DNA of 64,000 bases from Candidatus Marinacidobacterium sp. (GTDB lineage: Bacteria; Acidobacteriota; Vicinamibacteria; Marinacidobacterales; Marinacidobacteraceae), in the NCBI GenBank assembly GCA_965204755.1, contig OZ242011.1, forward strand, positions 1,856,001-1,920,000. The letters run 5' to 3'. The position numbers were made by a program, and so were the translations under genes. Below the pieces are notes generated by a model, which worked only from the letters and a program-made list of their open reading frames with translations, did not search any database and was not told the DNA's origin. The number at the start of each line of letters is the position of its first letter. The stretch's first letter is position 1. Of the stretch, positions 48,014 through 58,295 are shown one piece after another.

Positions 48014-49291
48014 GTGGAACACATGCACCGATACGAGCGAGCGCAGGTCGTCACCTTGGCGCAGCGACTTCTTCGCGAACCTCCGGAGCGGATCTCCGCG
48101 CTCTTCGGCCCCCGGCAGAGCGGGAAGACCACCATCGTGGACCAGGCGCTCGCGCGGTACCGTCGAGAGACGGCGCGCGAGACGCTCTATCGCGCCGCCG
48201 ACGCCCCCGAAGCCGTGCGGGGCGGAGGCGACACCCGGACTGCCCTCCCCGGTCGGAGGCGGCGGCAACGGCTCGGCGCGGCCTGGATCACCCGGCACTG
48301 GAACGACGCCCGCGCCCGGGCGGAGCGTGGCGGCGGCTGCGTCCTGGTCTTCGACGAGATCCAGGTGATTCCCTGCTGGTCGAGCGTCGTCAAGGGACTC
48401 TGGGACGCCGACCGCGATCTCCGCCGGCGGCCGCAGGTCGTGATCCTCGGCTCGGCGCCGCTGTCCGTCCAGCCCGACCTGGCGGAGAATCTCGCCGGAA
48501 GGTTCGAGCCGCTGTCGGTTCCTTTCTGGTCACTCCGCGAAATGGAAGAGGCCTTCGGTTTCGACCTGCAGCGTTACCTCTACTTCGGCTCGTATCCGGG
48601 CGCGGCGGGCCTCGCCGTCGAGGGACGCGAAGACCAATGGCGCGCGGTCGTCCTCGACAGCTGTCTCCGGCCGATCATCGGGCGGGAAATCGTGGCGCTT
48701 ACCCGCGTCGACGAGCCGGCGCTGATGAAGCATCTGTTCGAGATGGGCGCCCACTACTCGGGCCGGATCGTTTCGTCCAAGGAACTCCTCGGTTACTTCA
48801 ACGACGCGAAGAACGCGACGATGCTCTCCCGGTATCTGGCCCTGCTCGAGGCGGTGGGGTTCGTGGCCGGACTCTCCGGCTATGCGACCGGGTCGCCCGC
48901 GCGCCGGTCGAGCCGGAAGTTGCTCGCCCTGAACCCGGCGGTGCTGACCACGCTTTCCCGATTCGACTTCCGGGACGCTCTCGAAGATCGCGCCTTCTGG
49001 GGTCGAGTCGTCGAGTCAGCGGTCGGCGCGCACCTGTTCCAGACCCGGCGCCCCTCGGACGGGCTCTACTACTGGCGAGTGGGGAACGCCGAAGTGGACT
49101 TCGTCCTGGAACGGGGCACCCACCTGCTCGCGATCGAGGTCGAGTCCGGCGCCCGCGGCGCCCATGTCGGCTTCGCCGCCTTCCGAGCCAAGTATCCCCA
49201 CGCCCGGCGGCTGCTGGTCGGGGACAGCGGCGTCCCGGTCGCCGAGTTCCTTTCGGAGCCGGCCGAGCGTTGGCTGACCGGAAAGCGGTGA
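48014..49291 (+). CDS. AAA+ ATPase with DUF4143
   Basis: GPRQSGKTT, FDEIQ, ENLAGRF, GRVVESAVG, EVDFVL. Confidence 0.88.
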   Translation: MEHMHRYERAQVVTLAQRLLREPPERISALFGPRQSGKTTIVDQALARYRRETARETLYRAADAPEAVRGGGDTRTALPGRRRRQRLGAAWITRHWNDARARAERGGGCVLVFDEIQVIPCWSSVVKGLWDADRDLRRRPQVVILGSAPLSVQPDLAENLAGRFEPLSVPFWSLREMEEAFGFDLQRYLYFGSYPGAAGLAVEGREDQWRAVVLDSCLRPIIGREIVALTRVDEPALMKHLFEMGAHYSGRIVSSKELLGYFNDAKNATMLSRYLALLEAVGFVAGLSGYATGSPARRSSRKLLALNPAVLTTLSRFDFRDALEDRAFWGRVVESAVGAHLFQTRRPSDGLYYWRVGNAEVDFVLERGTHLLAIEVESGARGAHVGFAAFRAKYPHARRLLVGDSGVPVAEFLSEPAERWLTGKR

Positions 49292-49322
49292 CCCCGCCCG
49301 GCGCCCCCGCCGGGGAACCGGG

Positions 49323-50444
49323 TCAGGCGCCGAAGATTTCGCGGAAGTAGCGGAGCCAGTTGCCGCCGAGGATTCGGGCGATGTCCGCCTCGGTTACGCC
49401 GCGGCGGTCGAGGGCGTGGGCGACATTGAGGAAACGCTCCGGTTCGTCCAACCCCTCGATGAAGGGAGGCCAGCGGACGCGGTAACTCGGCTTGAAGATC
49501 CGCAGCCTCGGCTCGTACCAATTCTCCCGCGTCGCCCACGAGCGCAACCCCCGGATCGCGTGGTCGGTGGAGATGCCGACATGCTCGATTCCCCCGATCC
49601 GCACTGCGTGGAGGATGTGGTCCACATAGTCGTCCAGCGAAGTGTCCGGGTCGGGGCCGACGAAGTAGCCGAGGCTGGTGATCCCGGTGATGCCGCCCTT
49701 GTCGGACATCGCGCGGATCTGCTCGTCGGTCTTCGCCCTCGGGTGGTCGGGATACAGCGTTTCGCAGAAGGTGTGGGTGAACGACGGCGGCTGCTCGGAA
49801 ACCTCGATGCCGTCCATCGAGGTGCGGCGGCCGCAGTGGGAGAGGTCCACGACGATCCCCAGTTCGTTCATCCGGCCGACGACGGCGACGCCGAAGTCGG
49901 AGAGGCCGCCGTCCACGCGCTCGGTGCAGCCGCTGCCCAGCCGGTTCTGCGAGTTGTAGGTCAACTGGATGCAGCGCGTTCCGAGTTCGTAGAGCGGGTC
50001 GAGGTTCTCGAGTTCGCCTTCCAGCATCGTCGCGTTCTGGAAGCCGAACACCACCGCCATCTTCCCCTCGGCCTTCGCGCGTTCGATGTCCGCGGCGGAG
50101 ACCGCGTGGAGCAACTTGTCCGGGTTCTCCCGGATTCGTGCATGCCATTCGGCGAGTCCCCGGGCCGCAACCTGGAAAGTCGTGCTGGGGATGGTGGTCT
50201 GGATGCCGGTGTAACCGGAACGGCGCACGGCCTCGTATTCCTCGTCGTCCCAGCGGTAGCCCACCGCGAGCGCGTCCACGACCACCGAGCGGCGGTAGAG
50301 GTCGTCGATCTCCGGTTTGCGCGGAGGGCCGGCGGGGGTCTGCTGACGCGGTCGCCCCGAAGGGAACGCGAACGCGGCGGGAGCGGCGAGAACCGGAAGG
50401 GCGCCGAGGAATCGGCGGCGCGGAATCGAGGAAGATCGAAGCAT
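49323..50444 (-). CDS. membrane dipeptidase (M19), Tat-exported
   Basis: RRRFL; QLTYN..N, DLSHCG, TH, HPRAKTD, GISTD, ILGGNWLR. Confidence 0.88.
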   Translation of the reverse strand: MLRSSSIPRRRFLGALPVLAAPAAFAFPSGRPRQQTPAGPPRKPEIDDLYRRSVVVDALAVGYRWDDEEYEAVRRSGYTGIQTTIPSTTFQVAARGLAEWHARIRENPDKLLHAVSAADIERAKAEGKMAVVFGFQNATMLEGELENLDPLYELGTRCIQLTYNSQNRLGSGCTERVDGGLSDFGVAVVGRMNELGIVVDLSHCGRRTSMDGIEVSEQPPSFTHTFCETLYPDHPRAKTDEQIRAMSDKGGITGITSLGYFVGPDPDTSLDDYVDHILHAVRIGGIEHVGISTDHAIRGLRSWATRENWYEPRLRIFKPSYRVRWPPFIEGLDEPERFLNVAHALDRRGVTEADIARILGGNWLRYFREIFGA

Positions 50445-50455
50445 CGAACGAACGC

Positions 50456-52192
50456 TCAGGCCGGGGCCGGGGCCGCCGCCGGGGAATCACCGGACTCCTT
50501 GAGCACTTCGGCGGCGGCGCGGGTGGCGGCGTCCACCGCGCTTCCGGCATCCGGGAAGAAGACGATTCCGTCCTTCGGGCGGAAGTTCATCTGGTGCATC
50601 ACTTCCGCGACTTCCGGCTGGATGCCCCAGTAGTAACAAACGGTGCCGCTCGCTACCAGCCGCTCGGTCAAGTCCTGCAGTTGGAGGCACGCGGTCGGGT
50701 CCATGAAATACACATTGCGCATTCCGAAGACGCACGCCGGGCGTTGCCTCGCGCCCCGGGCCAGCAGGTCCGAGAGGCTGTTCACCGTTCCGTAGAACAG
50801 CGGCCCCCGGAAACTGATGATCTCCACCCCCGGCGGCGACTCCGCCGGCAGCGGGAACATCTCGATCGTCTCCTGCGAGTCGAACAGCGCCGTGTCGCCG
50901 CGCCGCACGATGAAGATGTTGGAGACGCGCTGGATGAAGATGATGGAGGCGAGCACCAGCCCCACCGGGATGACATAGCGGATGTCCCAGAACAGGGTGG
51001 TGCCGAGGGTCGCGGCCAGCGTGAGGCGGTCGCCGATGGGCGCCCGCATGATGGAGCGGATGCGTTTCGTTTCCACCATCCGCGCCGCCACGACCAGCAG
51101 GACCGCGGACAGCGAAGTGAGCGGGATGAACGCCATCGCCCAGGAGAAGAAGAGGACGAAGACCGCGACGATCAGCGCGTGGAAGATGCCGGCGAGCGGC
51201 GTCCGCGCCCCGGAGGCGAGGCAGGTGGCGGTGCGGGCGACGCAGCCGCCCACCGGGAACCCGCCCCAGATCGCGGCGGCGATGTTGCCGACCCCGAGCG
51301 CGGTGAACTCGCGGTTGGAGCGGTTGGGGGTGCCGCGCGCGCGGCTCGCCATCGAAGCGGCGAGCAACGATTCCGAACTCGACAGGAAGGCGATGGCGAT
51401 GGCGTACGGGGCGAACGTCGCCGCCATCTCCAGCGAGGGGAGGTACGGGCGGGGCAGTCGGTTGGGGAGGTCGCCGAAGGTGCTGCCGATGGTGGCCACC
51501 GGCAGTTCCATGAACGCCGTGGCGAGGGCGCCCACGGCGAGCCCGATCACATACGACGGCAACTTCGGGACGAACTTCTTGGTCAGGAGCATCGCGAGGA
51601 GCGATGCGATTCCCACGGTCGCGGTCACCGAGTCGAAGTTGCCCAGCCGCTCGATGACTCCCTCCATGATGAAGATGAAGGAGTGCGAGTGCTCCGCGCC
51701 GCCGTGGTCGTGCGCGTGCACGGTGCTCGCCATGCCGAAGAACGGCACGATCTGCCCGGTGAAGATGATGATCCCCATCCCGTTCACGAACCCGGTGATC
51801 ACCGCCTGCGGCAGGGACTCGATGAGGATGCCGATCTTCGAGACCGCCATCGCCACGAGGAAGATGCCGGCGAGCAGCGTCGCCGCCATCAGGCCGTCGT
51901 AGCCGAACCGCTCGATCACCACCACCGCGACCAGGATGCAGGCCTCGGTGGGGCCGCCGATCTGGAACCGGCTGGCGGTGAAGAGCGCGATGACCGCGCC
52001 GCCCACGATGATGCCGACCAGCCCCTTGTCGGGGCTCGCCCCGGCGGCGATGGCGACCACCAGCCCGAGCGGCAGCGCCACCACCGCCACCGTCAGGCCG
52101 CTGGTCATGTCCGCGCCGAGGTCGCCCAGCGAGTAGCCGGCGGGAACGATCCGGCGCGCCTCCCGCCGGACGAGGGAGAACAGTCGGGACAT
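50456..52192 (-). CDS. SulP-family anion transporter with STAS domain
   Basis: GLTVAVVALP, QIGGPT, VITGF..G, GPLFYG. Confidence 0.92.
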   Translation of the reverse strand: MSRLFSLVRREARRIVPAGYSLGDLGADMTSGLTVAVVALPLGLVVAIAAGASPDKGLVGIIVGGAVIALFTASRFQIGGPTEACILVAVVVIERFGYDGLMAATLLAGIFLVAMAVSKIGILIESLPQAVITGFVNGMGIIIFTGQIVPFFGMASTVHAHDHGGAEHSHSFIFIMEGVIERLGNFDSVTATVGIASLLAMLLTKKFVPKLPSYVIGLAVGALATAFMELPVATIGSTFGDLPNRLPRPYLPSLEMAATFAPYAIAIAFLSSSESLLAASMASRARGTPNRSNREFTALGVGNIAAAIWGGFPVGGCVARTATCLASGARTPLAGIFHALIVAVFVLFFSWAMAFIPLTSLSAVLLVVAARMVETKRIRSIMRAPIGDRLTLAATLGTTLFWDIRYVIPVGLVLASIIFIQRVSNIFIVRRGDTALFDSQETIEMFPLPAESPPGVEIISFRGPLFYGTVNSLSDLLARGARQRPACVFGMRNVYFMDPTACLQLQDLTERLVASGTVCYYWGIQPEVAEVMHQMNFRPKDGIVFFPDAGSAVDAATRAAAEVLKESGDSPAAAPAPA

Positions 52193-52345
52193 CAGCGGCG
52201 GCCGCCGGGATCGGTCTCGTCGCGGAGCGGCGACCGGCTCGCGGAACTCAAACTCGGGGACTCGTCGGTCTGCCGCAGCAGCACCGGCTGGCTATTGTAT
52301 GACCGCCGCCGCGGGCCTTCCGCGCGGCCCCATCGAGACGCAGGA

Positions 52346-53131
52346 ATGAACGACGAACGCCCCTCCCCGAGGACGCTCGCCGGCCGGACGGCGCTGGTCA
52401 CCGGCGGGACCCGCGGCATCGGGCGGGCGGTCGCCGCCGCGCTCGGCGCCGCCGGCGCCCGGGTGGTCCTGACCGGCACCCGCCCGGCGGACGCCGAAGC
52501 CGCGGCCCGCGAACTGGCGGGCGCGTCCGGCGCGGAGATCCACGGCGCCGGGTGCGAGGTCCGAAGCGAGGACAGCGTGGCCGCGCTCGCCCGCTTCGTC
52601 CGGCAAGCGCTCGGCGGGCTCGACCTCCTGGTGAACAACGCCGGCCTCGGGATCTACCGCCCGACCCCGGCCCTCCCGACCGCCGACTTCGCCCGGGTCA
52701 TCGAGACGAACCTGACCGGCGCCTACCGGGTCGTCCGCGCCGCGCTCCCGCTCCTGCTCGACTCCGGCCGGCGCCGCCTCGACGCCCCCGCAGACGCCGC
52801 CGATCCCGGCGCGCTGATCGTGAACCTCGGCAGCCTCGCCGGCCGGCACCCCTTCCGCGGCGGCGCCGCCTACAACGCGTCCAAGTTCGGCCTGATCGGC
52901 CTCACCGAGGCGCTCATGCTCGACCTGCGCGACCGGGGCGTCCGCTGCTCGGTGGTCATGCCCGGCAGCGTGGCCACCGGTTTCGCCGGCCGCTCCCCCG
53001 AAGACGGCCGCGGCTGGAAACTCCACCCGGAGGATGTCGCCGAAGCGGTGCTCCAAATCGCGCTCACCCGCCCCGAGGCCCACCAGAGCCGCATCGAACT
53101 CCGCCCGTCCCTCCCCCCGGCGAAGAAGTAG
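52346..53131 (+). CDS. SDR-family oxidoreductase
   Basis: TGGTRGIG, NNAG, YNASK. Confidence 0.92.
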   Translation: MNDERPSPRTLAGRTALVTGGTRGIGRAVAAALGAAGARVVLTGTRPADAEAAARELAGASGAEIHGAGCEVRSEDSVAALARFVRQALGGLDLLVNNAGLGIYRPTPALPTADFARVIETNLTGAYRVVRAALPLLLDSGRRRLDAPADAADPGALIVNLGSLAGRHPFRGGAAYNASKFGLIGLTEALMLDLRDRGVRCSVVMPGSVATGFAGRSPEDGRGWKLHPEDVAEAVLQIALTRPEAHQSRIELRPSLPPAKK

Positions 53132-53179
53132 CGCCGGCGCCCGTCCCGCCGACGGCGGGCGCCCGCCCGCCGCCGCGCC

Positions 53180-54001
53180 TCAGAACAGTTCCACCGCCAC
53201 CGGCGGCAGGACCCCGCCTTCCGCTTCGGCGGAATACCGCTCGCCCGCCCGGCAGTCCAGCGGCGGCGTCAGCGTCCCGGTCGTCACCACTTCCCCCGCC
53301 CGCAGCGGGTTCCCCTGCGCCGCGGTGATCTCCGCCAGCACCCCCACCGCGTCCAGCGGGTTGCCCATCACCGCGCTTCCCGCCCCGGCGACCGGCGCCC
53401 CCCCGGCCGGCGTCGTCATGGAAACCCGCAGCGCGGCCAAGGCCCGCGCGGCCCTCTCCGCATCCCTGACCACCCGGAACTTCCCGACCGCCAGCGCATG
53501 GTGGAGGGCGCCGGCGGCCACCGAATCCGCCGGGCGCATCCTCCAGCCCGGGAACGGCGAGTCCACCACCTCGAACCCGAGCCCCACCCGTTCGATCCGC
53601 CGGGCGACCGCCGCGCCCCGCTCCCCCGGCTCCGGGGCGCTCCCGAGCACGACCACCACCTCGCACTCGATCTTGGGCTCCGTCGCGCCGTCCAGCGACA
53701 ACTGCATCTTCTCCGTGCCGCCGTCCCCGTAGCGCACCACGGTCTCCTCGAACATCGAGCCCCAGACCGGCTCGGTCAGCCCGGCGTCCTCCCAGAGCGC
53801 CCGGTTCGTGAACCCGATCTTGCGGCCCACCACCGGCGACCCCGCCGCCCGCCGGCAGGCGAGGACCCCGGCCACGCGGTACGCGTCCTCGAGCCCGAAC
53901 CCCTCGATCCGGTCGGTGAACGGCGCGAGCCGGCCCCCGGCGGCGCGGGCGGCGGCGATCTCTTCGGCGACGCTCCCGGCGTCGAAGCGGGCTTCGGTCA
54001 T
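53180..54001 (-). CDS. 2-keto-4-pentenoate hydratase / FAH-family protein
   Basis: GRKIGFTN, PKIECE, EVVDS, VMGNP, GEVVTTGTLT. Confidence 0.85.
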   Translation of the reverse strand: MTEARFDAGSVAEEIAAARAAGGRLAPFTDRIEGFGLEDAYRVAGVLACRRAAGSPVVGRKIGFTNRALWEDAGLTEPVWGSMFEETVVRYGDGGTEKMQLSLDGATEPKIECEVVVVLGSAPEPGERGAAVARRIERVGLGFEVVDSPFPGWRMRPADSVAAGALHHALAVGKFRVVRDAERAARALAALRVSMTTPAGGAPVAGAGSAVMGNPLDAVGVLAEITAAQGNPLRAGEVVTTGTLTPPLDCRAGERYSAEAEGGVLPPVAVELF

Positions 54002-54093
54002 GGCGGTCTCCTCCCGGTTTCGGGGCGGCGAGTCTAGGCCCATTCCCGCCCCGCGCGACCGTTACGATTTCGCCCGCCCCCGGAGCCCGCCCG

Positions 54094-54486
54094 ATCTACA
54101 GCATCCTCGTCCGCGGCCACTTCATGTGTTCGCACACGTTGCGGGGCGCCGTGTTCGGCCCGGCGCAGAATCGCCACGGCGCCACCTACCGCGTCACCGC
54201 GGAACTCCGCGCCCCCGAACTGGACGAACACGGCATCGTCCTCGACCTCTCCCTCGCCGAACGCGCGCTCGACGAAGCGCTCGTCCCGCTCCGCCACGCC
54301 GACCTCGACGAGGTCTTCCCCGGCGAGAACACCACCACCGAGTTCCTCTGCCGCCACCTCCACACCGAGTTGAGCGCCCGCCTCCCGGACTCCTTCCGGG
54401 GGGTCCTCCGCGTGGAACTCGAAGAAAACCCCCAGATGGCGGCGGCCTACGAAGCCCCCGCCGCCGGCCGCGAACCCGCCACATGA
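54094..54486 (+). CDS. 6-pyruvoyl/6-carboxy-tetrahydropterin synthase (QueD/PTPS family)
   Basis: H..HGATY, NTTTEFL, E; homology appears to begin at ATC 54094, first ATG at 54124. Confidence 0.8.
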   Translation: MYSILVRGHFMCSHTLRGAVFGPAQNRHGATYRVTAELRAPELDEHGIVLDLSLAERALDEALVPLRHADLDEVFPGENTTTEFLCRHLHTELSARLPDSFRGVLRVELEENPQMAAAYEAPAAGREPAT

Positions 54487-55679
54487 AGACCGAAGACCCC
54501 CCGACCCCGCCCGCCGACGCCGCGGACACCCAAGCCCTCGACACCCGCGCCGTCCACGAAGGCGCGCTCTCGCCGCGCCCGCGCGGGGCCATCTCCACCC
54601 CGGCCTTCATGACCGCGAACTTCGAGTACCACGGCGAGGCCTACCACGATGTCGGCTACCTCCGCCTCTCGAACAGCCCGAACCACCAGGTCCTCCACCG
54701 CCGCCTCGCCTCCCTCGAAGGCGCCGAAGACGCGCTGGTCACCGGCAGCGGCATGGCCGCCATCTCCGCCGCCCTCCTCACCCACCTGAACGCCGGCGAC
54801 CACCTGGTCGTCCAGGATGTGGTGTACGGCGGCACCGCGAACTTCCTCCAGCACGACCTCCCCCGCCTCGGCATCACCCACACCCGCATCGATCCGCAGG
54901 ATCCCGCGTCCTGGGCGTCGGCCCTCACGCCGAACACCCGGATGATCTATGTGGAGACGCTCACCAACCCGCTCTGCCAGATGGCCGACCTCGAAGCGGT
55001 CGCCCCCTTCGCCCGCGAGCACGGCCTCGTCTCGATCGTGGACAACACCTTCGCCAGCCCGGTCCTCTGCCGCCCGGCCGAACTCGGCTTCGACCTGGTG
55101 ATGGAGAGCGCGACGAAGTACCTGAACGGCCACAACGACCTGGTGGCCGGCTCCCTCGCCGGCGCCGCCGACCGCATCCGCCGCGTCAAGTTGACGCTCG
55201 ACCACCTGGGCGGCTCCCTCGACCCCCACGCCTGCGTCCTGCTCGAGCGCGGCCTCAAGACCGTCGGCCTCCGCGTCCGCCGCCAGTCCGCGACCGCCCT
55301 GGCCCTGGCGCGTTTCCTCGAGGGCCGCCCGGAGGTGGCCCGCGTCCACTACCCCGGCCTCGAGAGCCACCCCCAGCACGCCCGCGCCGCCCGCCTCCTC
55401 TCCGGCGGCTTCGGCGGAATGCTCGGCTTCGAGTTCCGCGACGGCGGCGAGGCCGCCGACCGCTTCGCCCGGAACCTCCGCCTCCCCGCCCACGCCGCCA
55501 GCCTCGGCGGCGTCGAGTCCCTGATCGTCCGCCCGGCCGCCGCCATCCACAGCGGCCTGAGCGCGGAGGAACGCGCCGCGATGGCCATCTCCGAGGGCCT
55601 CGTCCGCTTCTCCACGGGCGTCGAAGCCCCCGAAGACCTGATCACCGACTTCACCCGGGCCTTCGCCGCCGCGGGCTAG
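54483..55679 (+). CDS. Cys/Met metabolism PLP enzyme (cystathionine gamma-synthase / methionine gamma-lyase family)
   Basis: SGMAAI, YGGT, ETLTNP, DNTFASP, SATKYLNGH, SLGGVES. Confidence 0.92.
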   Translation: MKTEDPPTPPADAADTQALDTRAVHEGALSPRPRGAISTPAFMTANFEYHGEAYHDVGYLRLSNSPNHQVLHRRLASLEGAEDALVTGSGMAAISAALLTHLNAGDHLVVQDVVYGGTANFLQHDLPRLGITHTRIDPQDPASWASALTPNTRMIYVETLTNPLCQMADLEAVAPFAREHGLVSIVDNTFASPVLCRPAELGFDLVMESATKYLNGHNDLVAGSLAGAADRIRRVKLTLDHLGGSLDPHACVLLERGLKTVGLRVRRQSATALALARFLEGRPEVARVHYPGLESHPQHARAARLLSGGFGGMLGFEFRDGGEAADRFARNLRLPAHAASLGGVESLIVRPAAAIHSGLSAEERAAMAISEGLVRFSTGVEAPEDLITDFTRAFAAAG

Positions 55680-55717
55680 CCGGGGTTCGGGCCCGGAGGG
55701 CGGGCGGCGTCGCCGAA

Positions 55718-56353
55718 ATGCCCCGAACTCCGGTCGCCGGCCCGTCTTTCCCCCCGCTCCCGCCGGGGCCGTTCGGCGTCATCTACGCCGACCCGCCGTG
55801 GGACTACCGCGGCCAGTTGCAGCACGCCGGCCCGGGCAGCGGCGACACCGGCGGCGCCGTCCGCCACTACCCGACGGTGACCTCCGACCAACTCGCCGCC
55901 CTGCCGGTCGCGGATGTCGCCGCCGACGACTGCCTGCTCTTCCTCTGGGCCACGAACCCGCACCTCGACCAGGCCATCACCCTCGGCCGCGCCTGGGGGT
56001 TCCGCTGGGCGACCGTCGCCTTCGTCTGGGACAAGGAGCGCGTGAACCCCGGCTTCTACACGCTCAGCCAGTGCGAGTTGTGCCTGGTCTTCAAGCGCGG
56101 CCGCATCCCCCTCCCGCGCGGCTCCCGCCGGGAACGCCAACTCGTCCGCGCCGAACGCGGCCCCCACTCCACGAAACCCGAGGAAGTCCGCCGCCGCATC
56201 GAGCGCATGTTCCCGGAACAACCCCGAATCGAACTCTTCGCCCGCCGCCGCTCCCCGGGCTGGACGGCGTGGGGCCTGGAGATGCTGGAGCCTGCGGCGC
56301 CCGGGGGCCCCTCGCCGGCGCTCGCCGCCGCCGGAAACGCTACGAGCGGCTGA
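55718..56353 (+). CDS. MT-A70 family adenine methyltransferase
   Basis: VIYADPPW, LFLW, WGF..FVWDK, HSTKP, IELFAR..GW..WG. Confidence 0.9.
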   Translation: MPRTPVAGPSFPPLPPGPFGVIYADPPWDYRGQLQHAGPGSGDTGGAVRHYPTVTSDQLAALPVADVAADDCLLFLWATNPHLDQAITLGRAWGFRWATVAFVWDKERVNPGFYTLSQCELCLVFKRGRIPLPRGSRRERQLVRAERGPHSTKPEEVRRRIERMFPEQPRIELFARRRSPGWTAWGLEMLEPAAPGGPSPALAAAGNATSG

Positions 56354-56506
56354 ACTCCAATATGGCCTCGATGGTCCTGCGCGCCTCCCGCGGGGAGGTC
56401 GAGACGGCCGAAATCGCGGAGAAAGCCTTTCGATAAGCCGAGTGGTCTGACGGGGATACCGGGAGTTCGTTTCCTCGACCGAGTTGGATTGCCGCTGCGG
56501 CGGCCT

Positions 56507-58075
56507 CTACGCGTAGAGACCGGCGTCCTCGACGGCTTGGTCCGGCGCCGGCATCGACGCGATGGGAACCGGCAGTCGCGGAGGGGCACACTTGGCGGGG
56601 CGGCGGTGTTCCTCCTCGCCCACATGATGGGCCAACAGATCGCGAATTCGCGGGTCGGCAGCCGAAGCGGCGCTGCTCGCCAAGTCCTCCTGCCGCGCTT
56701 GACGCCCCCCGCGGACGGCGGCGAGAAGCGCCAGCAATTCGGCTTCCTGACTCGGACCGAGTGAGTCGCGCCGCCTTTCGTAGTCTTCGCGCTCCGCCGC
56801 GCCATCGCCGATCTCGTAGTGGTCGCGATGGAAGATGAAACGATGCGGAAGGCTCAGCAGCCGGAGGAAGGCATCGGGACTCCCACCGTAGGCGCGCAGA
56901 AAGAACTCCGGGCTGCCGCTCACGACTCCCCGCGTCGCCTGCAACATGATCTGGAAACTCCTGAGGTAGTAGGCATTCCAATTCCTGCCTACATGGGAGC
57001 GGTCCTTGAGGGTCACCGGCTGGTAGCGCATGGGGAACGACCAGACCGTCACTCCCAGTTCTTCGCGCAGCGAGATGTTGAGTCTCATGCGCGCATAGAG
57101 GTCCGCCGGCGTGTCCATGAAGTTGTACAGCATGTAGTTCGACAGCGAGGTGATTCCGCTGTCGGCCGCCATCCGGACCGAGGTTTCGTACACCCGACGA
57201 ACCCCCATGTGGTCGAAGGCGATCCGCAGGGGATCGATGCAGACGGTCGCCATCTCCCGAAGGTAAACCGGAGACTGCGCCAGGATGCGGGCGTCCACGC
57301 CCTGGTTGAAGTCCACGCGGCGGCGCATCGTCCTGCCGTCGCGCTCGATACTCGCGCCTTTCTGGAACCCGAGGTCGCGAATCTCGGCGATGACCTCCCG
57401 GTAGCGAGCCGACGCCGTGATGTTGTTGTCCATCAGGATCAGGTCCTTCTTGACCCCGAAGCGCCGAGCAACACCTTCTACGAAGTCGGCGAGCGGCGGC
57501 ATCTCCTTCTGGCCGCCCTCCAGTTTCGGCACGCCGCAGAAGCGGCACTTGCGGACGCACCCCCGCGAGGCGTACCCGAAGTAGGCGTCTCGCACCGGAT
57601 ACCGATAGTCGATGTGCTCCAGGATTCCATAGTCCGGAACTCGGCTTTCGATCGGCGTACCGTGTACATCGTCCGCGCCGAACTCACCGTCCTCGCTGCT
57701 CAGTTGGAGGGCGTGGGCCGGTGGGCCGTCCAGGAGCCCGGCGATGAAGCGCGCGCCCGCCCATCGGGGCTCGCTGACGAAGGCCTCGCGCATCAGGGAA
57801 GCGGCGATTCCGCCGACGAAGACCCGCTCGGTCTGTCCCGACGCGGCCGACACGGCGAAGTCGATGGCGTCCGCAGTCCGCGGCCACTCGAAACTGAACA
57901 GGGTGGTCACATAGACCCGGTCCCACACGCGATCCAGTACGCGGTCGTCCGTCCCCTTGACGAACCGGACCCGATCTCCCCGCGACCCGTGGTACGCGGC
58001 GATCTTCATCAACCCGAGTGGCGGGTACTTGTTTCGGTAACCCGGCTCCACCAGCAGGATGTTCTTTCCGGTCAC
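56507..58075 (-). CDS. radical SAM protein with N-terminal B12-binding-like domain
   Basis: ILLVEP..PPLGLMKI, SRGCVRKCRFC, DNN, DFNQGVDAR, RIAFD. Confidence 0.85.
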   Translation of the reverse strand: MTGKNILLVEPGYRNKYPPLGLMKIAAYHGSRGDRVRFVKGTDDRVLDRVWDRVYVTTLFSFEWPRTADAIDFAVSAASGQTERVFVGGIAASLMREAFVSEPRWAGARFIAGLLDGPPAHALQLSSEDGEFGADDVHGTPIESRVPDYGILEHIDYRYPVRDAYFGYASRGCVRKCRFCGVPKLEGGQKEMPPLADFVEGVARRFGVKKDLILMDNNITASARYREVIAEIRDLGFQKGASIERDGRTMRRRVDFNQGVDARILAQSPVYLREMATVCIDPLRIAFDHMGVRRVYETSVRMAADSGITSLSNYMLYNFMDTPADLYARMRLNISLREELGVTVWSFPMRYQPVTLKDRSHVGRNWNAYYLRSFQIMLQATRGVVSGSPEFFLRAYGGSPDAFLRLLSLPHRFIFHRDHYEIGDGAAEREDYERRRDSLGPSQEAELLALLAAVRGGRQARQEDLASSAASAADPRIRDLLAHHVGEEEHRRPAKCAPPRLPVPIASMPAPDQAVEDAGLYA

Positions 58076-58200
58076 CGGCTCCGTTCGATCTCCTTCGCGA
58101 TCTTGTAACTGCGCTCGACTGCCCGCGTCGCCTTTCGAGCATCCTGCTCGAACGCGCCGAGCAGCGCCCGCTCGATGGCTCCGCTGTTGACCCTCGCCAT
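58072..58200 (-). CDS. 42-aa small protein coupled to the radical SAM gene
   Basis: MARVNSGAIERALLGAFEQDARK..; its TGA overlaps the GTG start (GTGA). Confidence 0.4.
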   Translation of the reverse strand: MARVNSGAIERALLGAFEQDARKATRAVERSYKIAKEIERSR

Positions 58201-58295
58201 TTCGGAAGCATAGCGATGGCCTTCCTCGGAAGCGCATACCGGCGCTCGCCGCCGAAAGCGCCGCCGGAGTGGCGGTCGCTGCGGGCCGCGCGGGG

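Noticed and set aside
56340-56510. Short protein-like frame downstream of the radical SAM gene (minus strand)
   Set aside because: No start codon or RBS and no recognisable family.
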